Origin: Nemertoderma westbladi
Lineage: Eukaryota; Animalia; Xenacoelomorpha
NCBI GenBank assembly: GCA_032718475.1
Contig: JAUCBJ010002619.1
Coordinates: 1 to 64,000 of the forward strand
Length of the DNA: 64,000 nt
Reading direction: 5' to 3'
Positions within the stretch are counted from its first letter, which is position 1. Every line of letters starts with the position of its first letter. Below are positions 54,001 to 64,000 of the stretch, piece after piece. The notes beneath the pieces were generated by a model. That model searched no databases. It saw only the letters and a list, made by a program, of their open reading frames with translations, and was not told where the DNA came from. Position numbers and translations under genes: made by a program.

Positions 54001-54695
54001 ATTTTACTTACCAGTTGGGTTCAGTGTTCAGTGGGTTAACTTTACTTACCAGTTGGGTTCAGTGGGTTAACTTTACTTACCAGTTGGGTTCAGTGGGTTT
54101 ACTTTACTTACCAGTTGGGTTCAGTGGGTTTACTTTACTTACCAGTTGGGTTCAGTGGGTTAACTTTACTTACCAGTTGGGTTCAGTGGGTTAACTTTAC
54201 TTACCAGTTGGTTTCAGTTGGTTTACTTTACTTACCAGTTGGGTTCAGTGGCTTTACTTTACTTACCAGTTGGGTTCAGTGGGTTTACTTTACTTACCAG
54301 TTGGGTTCAGTGGGTTAACTTTACTTACCAGTTGGTTTCAGTGGGTTAACTTTACTTACCAGTTGGGTTCAGTGGGTTAACTCTACTTACCAGTTGGTTT
54401 ACTTTACTTACCAGTTGGGTTCAGTGGGTTTACTTTACTTACCAGTTGGGTTCAGTGGGTTAACTTTACTTACCAGTTGGGTTCAGTGGGTTTACTTTAC
54501 TTACCAGTTGGGTTCAGTGGGTTAACTTTACTTACCAGTTGGGTTCAGTGGGTTTACTTTACTTACCAGATGGGTTCAGTGGGTTTACTTTACTTACCAG
54601 TTGGGTTCAGTGGGTTAACTTTACTTACCAGTTGGGTTCAGTGGGTTTACTTTACTTACCAGTTGGGTTCAGTGGGTTTACTTTACTTACCAGTT

Positions 54696-56481
54696 TTACT
54701 TACTTTGCTGTTCAGCGAAGAGGGTGTAACACAAGGAGATCCTTTAGCTATGCCTTTTTACGCTTCAGGCATCCTCCCTTTAATCCACGAGTTGCCATCA
54801 CTTAAGGTTCGCCAAAGTTGGTTCGCTGACGACTCTTCAGGTGCCGGAAAGCTCCAGGATATTCTCGAGTGGTACGAGCACTTACTTCGTCTGGGCCCTG
54901 CTCTCGGATATTACCCTCAGTCCGCCAAGAGCTTTCTCGTTGTGGCTCCGGAGTTTCTGGAGGAAGCCCAAAGTGTATTCGCCGAGCACAATATTAACAT
55001 CGTTACAGGACACCGATTTCTGGGCGGGTTTATTGGTAGCGAGTCGGAGTGTGTGAAGTATGTCGGCGCCAAAATCGCATCCTGGGTAGCCTCAGTAGAC
55101 AAGATGGCCGAGGTGGCGGAGGCCCAACCCCACGCTGCTTTCTCAGCCGTAGTTTGCTCACTCCAACGGGAGTGGGCATACCTCCAACGCGTTGTCCCAG
55201 ACTGCAGCAGTCAGTTCGATGTGCTAGAGGAAGCGATCAGCGATAGGTTCCTGCCGGCAGTCTTCGATGGGCGAATTTCGCAACCAGAACTCAAGTTGTT
55301 TGCCCTGTCTCCGCGAATGGGTGGTCTGGGGTTGCGGAACCCGGTTAACGAGGCCGATACCAACTTTGCTGTATCAGAACTTGGGACACAGTCGCTGGTG
55401 AACGCGATCGCCGGGAAGGAGCCATTCTCCTTAGCCACCCACCTGAAGTGCATGGAGGGAGCGCGCATGACATCTCGGAAAGAGAGGCAGGGTATGGAGA
55501 AAGCCCAGCAGGAGGAAGCGTTGGAAGGAATGGCGGAGCACCAGCGTGTCGCTGTCCAACGGGCGGCGGAGTTCAGGACCGGCGGCTGGCTATCCTCTCT
55601 TCCGGTAGCCGAACACCAGTTTGACCTCTCACCCCGGGAGTTTAGGGATGCTGTGGCTGTTCGGTATGGTAGACCCCTCGTAGGTGTCCCTTGCAGATGC
55701 GACGGTTGTGGCGCTGGGTTTGATCTCAACCACGGGTTGAATTGTAAGAAGGGTGGTCTAGTGATTCAGCGTCACAACGAGCTCCGCGACGCAGTCGGTG
55801 ACCTCGCGGCCCTGGCATTCGGACCGCGAAACGTTATGCTCGAGCCAGTGGTCCGCGAGCAGCACGAGGATGGCGACGGGGCTGGTCTGCGATGCGATGT
55901 CGGCATTAGGGGAGCGTTCAGTACCCAGACACAGGCGTTGATTGACATACGTACAATTAACCTTGACGCCGTGTCTTATGCTGGGCGCTCCGTGAGGTCG
56001 GTATTGGAGTCAGCGGAAGAGGAGAAGAAACGCTTATATACAGCCGCAGTTTCCGCCCGCCGAGGTGATTTCTCCCCTTTCGTCGCCTCATGCGACGGCA
56101 TACTGGCACCGCAGGCCAATAAGCTGTTGCGAATCATCGCAGACCGCCTACACACCAACTGGGGGAAACCATACAGTTCGGTAATGGGGTGGGTGCGTGC
56201 ACGCATATCGTTCGCGATAATCCGCGGCACTTCCCATTGCCTGCGAGGGTCGCGGGTGAGATGGCGAAGCGGTTTGGGGCTTGAGGACGGCGCCGGGATA
56301 CCAGGGGGCTTTGCTTAGAGTGTTTGATCGATTATGCGGGGACTGGTATGGTATGGTATATTACATAATTATTGCTCATTGTAACTGTGTAATGGAGTTG
56401 TTACCATCTGTACTGCAAGCAATATGCTATTGATCATTTAGTGCGTTTTTGCGATAATTATAATATACATATCGGAATAAA
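54696..56481 (+). mobile_element. 5'-truncated CRE-clade (restriction-like endonuclease) non-LTR retrotransposon
   Basis: Abrupt GC-rich insert in the satellite. 3' UTR ends AATAAA. The apparent 17-bp TSD TACTTTACTTACCAGTT is at 54679-54695 and 56482-56498, with an ~11-nt satellite-like filler at the 5' junction. Confidence 0.85.
54708..56318 (+). CDS. Truncated RT plus CCHC and RLE endonuclease ORF of the CRE-like element
   Basis: EGVTQGDPLAM, WFADD, HRFLGGFIG, GGLGLRNP, GWLSSLP, CRCDGC..HGLNCKKGG..RHNELRD, EP..RCDV..IDIR..EEEKKRLY..FSPFV. Uninterrupted, starting inside RT. Confidence 0.88.
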   Translation: MFSEEGVTQGDPLAMPFYASGILPLIHELPSLKVRQSWFADDSSGAGKLQDILEWYEHLLRLGPALGYYPQSAKSFLVVAPEFLEEAQSVFAEHNINIVTGHRFLGGFIGSESECVKYVGAKIASWVASVDKMAEVAEAQPHAAFSAVVCSLQREWAYLQRVVPDCSSQFDVLEEAISDRFLPAVFDGRISQPELKLFALSPRMGGLGLRNPVNEADTNFAVSELGTQSLVNAIAGKEPFSLATHLKCMEGARMTSRKERQGMEKAQQEEALEGMAEHQRVAVQRAAEFRTGGWLSSLPVAEHQFDLSPREFRDAVAVRYGRPLVGVPCRCDGCGAGFDLNHGLNCKKGGLVIQRHNELRDAVGDLAALAFGPRNVMLEPVVREQHEDGDGAGLRCDVGIRGAFSTQTQALIDIRTINLDAVSYAGRSVRSVLESAEEEKKRLYTAAVSARRGDFSPFVASCDGILAPQANKLLRIIADRLHTNWGKPYSSVMGWVRARISFAIIRGTSHCLRGSRVRWRSGLGLEDGAGIPGGFA

Positions 56482-59400
56482 TACTTTACTTACCAGTTGG
56501 GTTCAGTGGGTTTACTTTACTTACCAGTTGGGTTCAGTGGGTTAACTTTACTTACCAGTTGGGTTCAGTGGGTTAACTTTACTTACCAGTTGGGTTCAGT
56601 GGGTTAACTTTACTTACCAGTTGGGTTCAGTGGGTTAACTTTACTTACCAGTTGGGTTCAGTGGGTTAACTTTACTTACCAGTTGGGTTCAGTGGGTTAA
56701 CTTTACTTACCAGTTGGGTTCAGTGGGTATACTATACTTACCAGTTGGGTTCAGTGGTTTAACTTTACTTACCAGTTGGGTTCAGTGGGTTAACTTTACT
56801 TACCAGTTGGGTTCAGTGGGTTTACTTTACCCACCAGTTGGGTTCAGTGGGTTAACTTTACTTACCAGTTGGGTTCAGTGGGTTAACAACTTTACTTACC
56901 AGTTGGGTTCAGTGGGTTTACTTTACTTACCAGATGGGTTCAGTGGGTTTACTTTACTTACCAGTTGGGTTCAGTGGGTTAACTTTACTTACCAGTTGGG
57001 TTCAGTGGGTTTACTTTACTTACCAGTTGGGTTCAGTGGGTTAACTTTACTTACCAGTTGGGTTCAGTGGGTTAACTTTACTTACCAGTTGGGTTCAGTG
57101 GGTATACTATACTTACCAGTTGGGTTCAGTGGGTTAACTTTACTTACCAGTTGGGTTCAGTGGGTTAACTTTACTTACCAGTTGGGTTCAGGGGGTTTAC
57201 TTTACTTACCACAGTTGGGTTCAGTGGGTTAACTTTACTTTCCAGTTGGGTTCAGTGGGTCAACTTTACTTACCAGTTGGGTTCAGTGGGTTAATTTTAC
57301 TTACCAGTTGGGTTCAGTGTTCAGTGGGTTAACTTTACTTACCAGTTGGGTTCAGTGGTTAACTTTACTTACCACCAGTTGGGTTCAGTGGGTTTACTTT
57401 ACTTACCAGTTGGGTTCAGTGGGTTTACTTTACTTACCAGTTGGGTTCAGTGGGTTTACTTTACTTACCAGTTGGGTTCAGTGTTCAGTGGGTTAACTTT
57501 ACTTACCAGTTGGGTTCAGTGGGTTAACTTTACTTACCAGAGTGCGTTTACTTTACTTACCAGTTGGGTTCAGTGGGTTAACTTTACTTACCAGTTGGGT
57601 TCAGGGGGTTTACTTTACTTACCAGATGGGTTCAGTGGGTTTACTTTACTTACCAGTTGGGTTCAGTGGGTTTACTTTACTTACCAGTTGGGTTCAGTGG
57701 GTTTACTTACTTACCAGTTGGGTTCAGTGGGTTTACTTTACTTACCAGATGGGTTCAGTGGGTTTACTTTACTTACCAGTTGGGTTCAGTGGGTTTACTT
57801 TACTTACCAGTTGGGTTCAGTGGGTTTACTTTACTTACCAGTTGGGTTCAGTGGGTTTACTTTACTTACCAGTTGGGTTCAGTGGGTTTACTTTACTTAC
57901 CAGTTGGGTTCAGTGGGTTAACTTTACTTACCAGTTGGGTTCAGAGGGTTAACTTTACTTACCAGAGTGCGTTTACTTTACTTACCAGTTGGGTTCAGTG
58001 GGTTAACTTTACTTACCAGTTGGGTTTAGTGGGTTTACTTTACCCACCAGTTGGGTTCAGTGGGTTAACTTTACTTACCAGTTGGGTTCAGTGGGTTAAC
58101 AACTTTACTTACCAGTTGGGTTCAGTGGGTTTACTTTACTTACCAGATGGGTTCAGTGGGTTTACTTTACTTACCAGTTGGGTTCAGTGGGTTTACTTTA
58201 CTTACCAGTTGGGTTCAGTGGGCTAACTTTACTTACCAGTTGGGTTCAGTGGGTTTACTTTACTTACCAGTTGGGTTCAGTGGGTTAACTTTACTTACCA
58301 GTTGGGTTCAGTGGGTTAACTTTACTTACCAGTTGGGTTCAGGGGGTTTACTTTACTTACCAGATGGGTTCAGTGGGTTTACTTTACTTACCAGTTGGGT
58401 TCAGTGGGTCAACTTTACTTACCAGTTGGGTTCAGTGGGTTAATTTTACTTACCAGTTGGGTTCAGTGTTCAGTGGGTTTACTTTACTTACCAGTTGGGT
58501 TCAGTGGGTTAACTTTACTTACCAGTTGGGTTCAGTGGGGTAACTTTACTTACCAGTTGGGTTCAGTGGGTATACTATACTTACCAGTTGGGTTCAGTGG
58601 GTTAACTTTACTTACCAGTTGGGTTCAGTGGGTTAACTTTACTTACCAGTTGGGTTCAGGGGGTTTACTTTACTTACCACAGTTGGGTTCAGTGGGTTAA
58701 CTTTACTTACCAGTTGGGTTCAGTGGTTAACTTTACTTACCACCAGTTGGGTTCAGTGGGTTAACTTTACTTACCAGTTGGGTTCAGTGGGTCAACTTTA
58801 CTTACCAGTTGGGTTCAGTGGGTTAATTTTACTTACCAGTTGGGTTCAGTGTTCAGTGGGTTAACTTTACTTACCAGTTGGGTTCAGTGGGTTAACTTTA
58901 CTTACCAGTTGGGTTCAGTGGGTTTACTTTACTTACCAGTTGGGTTCAGTGGGTTTACTTTACTTACCAGTTGGGTTCAGTGGGTTAACTTTACTTACCA
59001 GTTGGGTTCAGTGGGTTAACTTTACTTACCAGTTGGTTTCAGTTGGTTTACTTTACTTACCAGTTGGGTTCAGTGGCTTTACTTTACTTACCAGTTGGGT
59101 TCAGTGGGTTTACTTTACTTACCAGTTGGGTTCAGTGGGTTAACTTTACTTACCAGTTGGGTTCAGTGGGTTAACTTTACTTACCAGTTGGGTTCAGTGG
59201 GTTAACTCTACTTACCAGTTGGTTTACTTTACTTACCAGTTGGGTTCAGTGGGTTTACTTTACTTACCAGTTGGGTTCAGTGGGTTAACTTTACTTACCA
59301 GTTGGGTTCAGTGGGTTTACTTTACTTACCAGATGGGTTCAGTGGGTTTACTTTACTTACCAGTTGGGTTCAGTGGGTTAACTTTACTTACCAGTTGGGT

Positions 59401-62400
59401 TCAGTGGGTTTACTTTACTTACCAGTTGGGTTCAGTGGGTTTACTTTACTTACCAGTTGGGTTCAGTGGGTTTACTTTACTTACCAGTTGGGTTCAGTGG
59501 GTTAACTTTACTTACCAGTTGGGTTCAGTGGGTTAACTTTACTTACCAGTTGGGTTCAGTGGGTATACTATACTTACCAGTTGGGTTCAGTGGTTTAACT
59601 TTACTTACCAGTTGGGTTCAGTGGGTTAACTTTACTTACCAGTTGGGTTCAGTGGGTTTACTTTACCCACCAGTTGGGTTCAGTGGGTTAACTTTACTTA
59701 CCAGTTGGGTTCAGTGGGTTAACAACTTTACTTACCAGTTGGGTTCAGTGGGTTTACTTTACTTACCAGATGGGTTCAGTGGGTTTACTTTACTTACCAG
59801 TTGGGTTCAGTGGGTTAACTTTACTTACCAGTTGGGTTCAGTGGGTTTACTTTACTTACCAGTTGGGTTCAGTGGGTTAACTTTACTTACCAGTTGGGTT
59901 CAGTGGGTTAACTTTACTTACCAGTTGGGTTCAGTGGGTATACTATACTTACCAGTTGGGTTCAGTGGGTTAACTTTACTTACCAGTTGGGTTCAGTGGG
60001 TTAACTTTACTAACCAGTTGGGTTCAGGGGGTTTACTTTACTTACCACAGTTGGGTTCAGTGGGTTAACTTTACTTACCAGTTTGGTTCAGTGGGTCAAC
60101 TTTACTTACCAGTTGGGTTCAGTGGTTTAATTTTACTTATCAGTTGGGTTCAGTGTTCAGTGGGTTAACTTTACTTACCAGTTGGGTTCAGTGGTTAACT
60201 TTACTTACCACCAGTTGGGTTCAGTGGGTTTACTTTACTTACCAGTTGGGTTCAGTGGGTTTACTTTACTTACCAGTTGGGTTCAGTGGGTTTACTTTAC
60301 TTACCAGTTGGGTTCAGTGTTCAGTGGGTTAACTTTACTTACCAGTTGGGTTCAGTGGGTTAACTTTACTTACCAGAGTGCGTTTACTTTACTTACCAGT
60401 TGGGTTCAGTGTTCAGTGGGTTAACTTTACTTACCAGTTGGGTTTAGTGGGTTTACTTTACCCACCAGTTGGGTTCAGTGGGTTAACTTTACTTACCAGT
60501 TGGGTTCAGTGGGTTAACAACTTTACTTACCAGTTGGGTTCAGTGGGTTTACTTTACTTACCAGATGGGTTCAGTGGGATTACTTTACTTACCAGTTGGG
60601 TTCAGTGGGTTTACTTTACTTACCAGTTGGGTTCAGTGGGCTAACTTTACTTACCAGTTGGGTTCAGTGGGTTTACTTTACTTACCAGTTGGGTTCAGTG
60701 GGTTAACTTTACTTACCAGTTGGGTTCAGTGGGTTAACTTTACTTACCAGTTGGGTTCAGGGGGTTTACTTTACTTACCAGATGGGTTCAGTGGGTTTAC
60801 TTTACTTACCAGTTGGGTTCAGTGGGTTTACTTTACTTACCAGTTGGGTTCAGTGGGTTTACTTACTTACCAGTTGGGTTCAGTGGGTTTACTTTACTTA
60901 CCAGATGGGTTCAGTGGGTTTACTTTACTTACCAGTTGGGTTCAGTGGGTTTACTTTACTTACCAGTTGGGTTCAGTGGGTTTACTTTACTTACCAGTTT
61001 GGTTCAGTGGGTTTACTTTACTTACCAGTTGGGTTCAGTGGGTTTACTTTACTTACCAGTTGGGTTCAGTGGGTTAACTTTACTTACCAGTTGGGTTCAG
61101 TGGGTTAACTTTACTTACCAGAGTGCGTTTACTTTACTTACCAGTTGGGTTCAGTGGGTTAACTTTACTTACCAGTTGGGTTTAGTGGGTTTACTTTACC
61201 CACCAGTTGGGTTCAGTGGGTTAACTTTACTTACCAGTTGGGTTCAGTGGGTTAACAACTTTACTTACCAGTTGGGTTCAGTGGGTTTACTTTACTTACC
61301 AGTTGGGTTCAGTGGGTTTACTTTACTTACCAGTTGGGTTCAGTGGGCTAACTTTACTTACCAGTTGGGTTCAGTGGGTTTACTTTACTTACCAGTTGGG
61401 TTCAGTGGGTTAACTTTACTTACCAGTTGGGTTCAGTGGGTTAACTTTACTTACCAGTTGGGTTCAGGGGGTTTACTTTACTTACCAGATGGGTTCAGTG
61501 GGTTTACTTTACTTACCAGTTGGGTTCAGTGGGTTAACTTTACTTACCAGATGGGTTCAGTGGGTTTACTTTACTTACCAGTTGGGTTCAGTGGGTTAAC
61601 TTTACTTACCAGTTGGGTTCAGTGGGTTTACTTTACTTACCAGTTGGGTTCAGTGGGTTAACTTTACTTACCAGTTGGGTTCAGTGGGTTTACTTTACTT
61701 ACCAGTTGGGTTCAGTGGGTTAACTTTACTTACCAGATGGGTTCAGTGGGTTTACTTTACTTACCAGTTGGGTTCAGTGGGTTAACTTTACTTACCAGAT
61801 GGGTTCAGTGGGTTTACTTTACTTACCAGTTGGGTTCAGTGGGTTAACTTTACTTACCAGTTGGGTTCAGTGGGTTTACTTTACTTACCAGTTGGGTTCA
61901 GTGGGTTAACTTTACTTACCAGTTGGGTTCAGTGGGTTAACTTTACTTACCAGTTGGGTTCAGTGGGTTTACTTTACTTACCAGATGGGTTCAGTGGGTT
62001 TACTTTACTTACCAGTTGGGTTCAGTGGGTTTACTTTACTTACCAGATGGGTTCAGTGGGTTTACTTTACTTACCAGTTGGGTTCAGTGGGTTAACTTTA
62101 CTTACCAGTTGGGTTCAGTGGGTTTACTTTACTTACCAGATGGGTTCAGTGGGTTTACTTTACTTACCAGTTGGGTTCAGTGGGTTTACTTTACTTACCA
62201 GTTTGGTTCGGTGGGTTAACTTTACTTACCAGTTGGGTTCAGTGGGTTAACTTTACTTACCAGTTAGTTGGGTTCAGTGGGTTAACTTTACTTACCAGTT
62301 GGGTTCAGTGGGTTAACTTTACTTACCAGTTTGGTTCGGTGGGTTAACTTTACATACCAGTTGGGTTCAGTGGGTTAACTTTACTTACCAGTTGGGTTCG

Positions 62401-62822
62401 GTGGGTTAACTTTACTTACCAGTTGGGTTCAGTGGGTTAACTTTACTTACCAGTTGGGTTCAGTGGGTTAACTTTACTTAAAAGTTGGTTTCAGTTGGTT
62501 TACTTTACCCACCAGTTGGGTTCAGTGGGTTTACTTTACTTACCAGATGGGTTCAGTGGGTTTACTTTACTTACCAGTTGGGTTCAGTGGGTTAACTTTA
62601 CTTACCAGTTGGTTTCAGTTGGTTTACTTTACCCACCAGTTGGGTTCAGTGGGTTAACTTTACTTACCAGTTGGGTTCAGTGGGTTTACTTTACTTACCA
62701 GTTGGGTTCAGTGGGTTTACTTTACTTACCAGTTGGGTTCAGTGGGTTTACTTTACTTACCAGTTGGGTTCAGTGGGTTTACTTTACTTACCAGTTGGGT
62801 TCGGTGGGTTAACTTTACATAC

Positions 62823-63264
62823 CAGTTGGGTTCAGTGGATTTACGTGGGTCTCCACGTTATCTTCCACCTCTTCCATTCCAATCTCCCTCGACTCCGCGA
62901 CGCTACTAAGAATCCCGCCCAACGGAATCGCGTTGCGTAGCGACCGCTCCTGCTCCTTGGCCCTATCTTTATCCTCCTTAGACAGGTGCTCGGTGCGAGT
63001 CTTAGTGAATATATCCACGTTGTCTGCCGCGAATACCTTGGACTCGTAACCGTTTACAGACTCGCTGCGATCTGTTCTCCACCCCCAGATCCCGGACTTA
63101 CATCGCTGGAAGGTGATGGAGTCGGTATCGAGACTGGTGCAGAGAAGCGGGGAGGTTAGTTTCTCTGTGACGTCACACTGACGGGGTCTGAAAGAATCCC
63201 GTTGGAGGTCCGACGCTCTGATCTCCATGCGTTCCAGGTAAACGCAGTTGTGATCGTGGTCAAT
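62823..63264 (-). CDS. ANKRD13: ANKRD13 internal coding exon (upstream exons outside the window)
   Basis: Acceptor TTCGCAG|ATT at 63264. IDHDH...LTSP...LDT..ITFQRCKSGIWGWRTDRSESVNGYESKVF.A.NV...TKTRTEHLSKEDK...NPLNPTG. Donor CTG|GTATGT at 62822, phase-compatible with the 42000 exon. Confidence 0.92.
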
Positions 63265-64000
63265 CTGCGAAGTAATTACCGGTAAGTGGGGAGGGGGGGG
63301 GGGGGGAGTTGCTATTGGATGTCCATCGAGATATATTGTACTAAAAACTTCACATGGATGAAATCCACGTTATTATAAGTGAAAAAAGTAGATTAATCCT
63401 TTGAATTATTATTTAAGATACGCGGCACTTAACATACCGCGTAACGGTATAGATTGAGTGCCATAGTTGATTTATATAACTTCTATCACTTCCATCATGA
63501 AGTTTAATATAAAACAATCAAACCTTATTATGTTTATGTCCCACACTGTGGCCAGCCTGTTATCTGTTCCTCCCTGTTACATCAAGGGACGAGCATAACG
63601 AATATGCAAAACATGATGGAATACTTCGTCACACAGTGTAGGTACTCTCTACTTTGTACACAGTTTTATATTGAGAGAAGTGTGTCTGTTGTTTTGTAAG
63701 ACATGTAGTTGGTGTCAGTGAATAATATTTAAAAGTATTTGTGGGGGGGGGGGGGGGGGGGCAATTATACTCAATAGTTTACAGATAGGGGGCCGTCCAG
63801 ATTTTGCGTAATTATTATGGATTCTTATGGATTAGCATTGGGGGAATATCTGAGCCTCAGAAAATCGTTTTGCTAACGCTAATTATACATTATATTGATA
63901 CAATAATGTAAATTAATATTTATAAATTAACCTCTAGAAGTTGGGCCCTTTGGGCGTCACCTTGAAACACGTAGCTACGCCAACCTCGTTGCCACGAACG

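Larger units (their letters stand above)
42386..62842. repeat. 31-bp intronic satellite (CTTTACTTACCAGTTGGGTTCAGTGGGTTWA), ~500 copies, derived from the ANKRD13 exon/intron junction
   Basis: The sense (minus) unit AACCCACTGAACCCAACTG|GTAAGTAAAGTW matches the exon end AATCCACTGAACCCAACTG|GTATGTAAAGTT. Higher-order period 1953 bp (44026/45979). Interrupted by two transposons. Confidence 0.97.

Noticed and set aside
54477-54707. N-terminal 77 aa of the 613-aa ORF as part of the retrotransposon protein
   Set aside because: Chance read-through from satellite into a 5'-truncated element; the start is a TTG in the repeat.
42487-62812. Dozens of hydrophobic ORFs (GSVGLLYLPVGFSG...)
   Set aside because: Translations of the 31-bp satellite cycling through three frames, antisense to ANKRD13 and without real starts.
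42386-62842. Telomeric or interstitial telomeric repeat (TTGGG-rich strand)
   Set aside because: The unit is fully explained by the ANKRD13 exon end and donor, and the G-tracts are separated by a 19-nt loop, so quadruplex potential is weak.

Overview
Eukaryotic, probably invertebrate animal, AT-rich genomic DNA dominated by repeats. Two minus-strand host genes each carry a ~20-kb intron filled by a satellite. A GT31/B3GALT-like glycosyltransferase has exons at 27282-26821 and 6211-~5960, with a 29-bp satellite in the intron. ANKRD13 has exons at 63264-62823 and 42000-40757, with a 31-bp satellite in the intron. The ANKRD13 satellite unit is a tandem amplification of the gene's own exon/intron junction, giving roughly 500 consensus 5' splice sites (CTG|GTAAGT) downstream of the only productive donor; the acceptor of that intron is also duplicated. 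Between the genes is a decayed Ngaro/PAT-type tyrosine-recombinase retrotransposon with split direct repeats A1..B1-A2-B2, an unusual ORF order (RT-RNaseH, then Gag, then YR) and a 52-bp double-hairpin array in its 5' leader. An RTE LINE sits in frame inside its pol. A 5'-truncated CRE-clade non-LTR element and a non-autonomous hAT sit in the donor satellite, and a nested stack of non-autonomous DNA transposons fills 1-5446. All calls come from reading the sequence by eye; no database searches were run.
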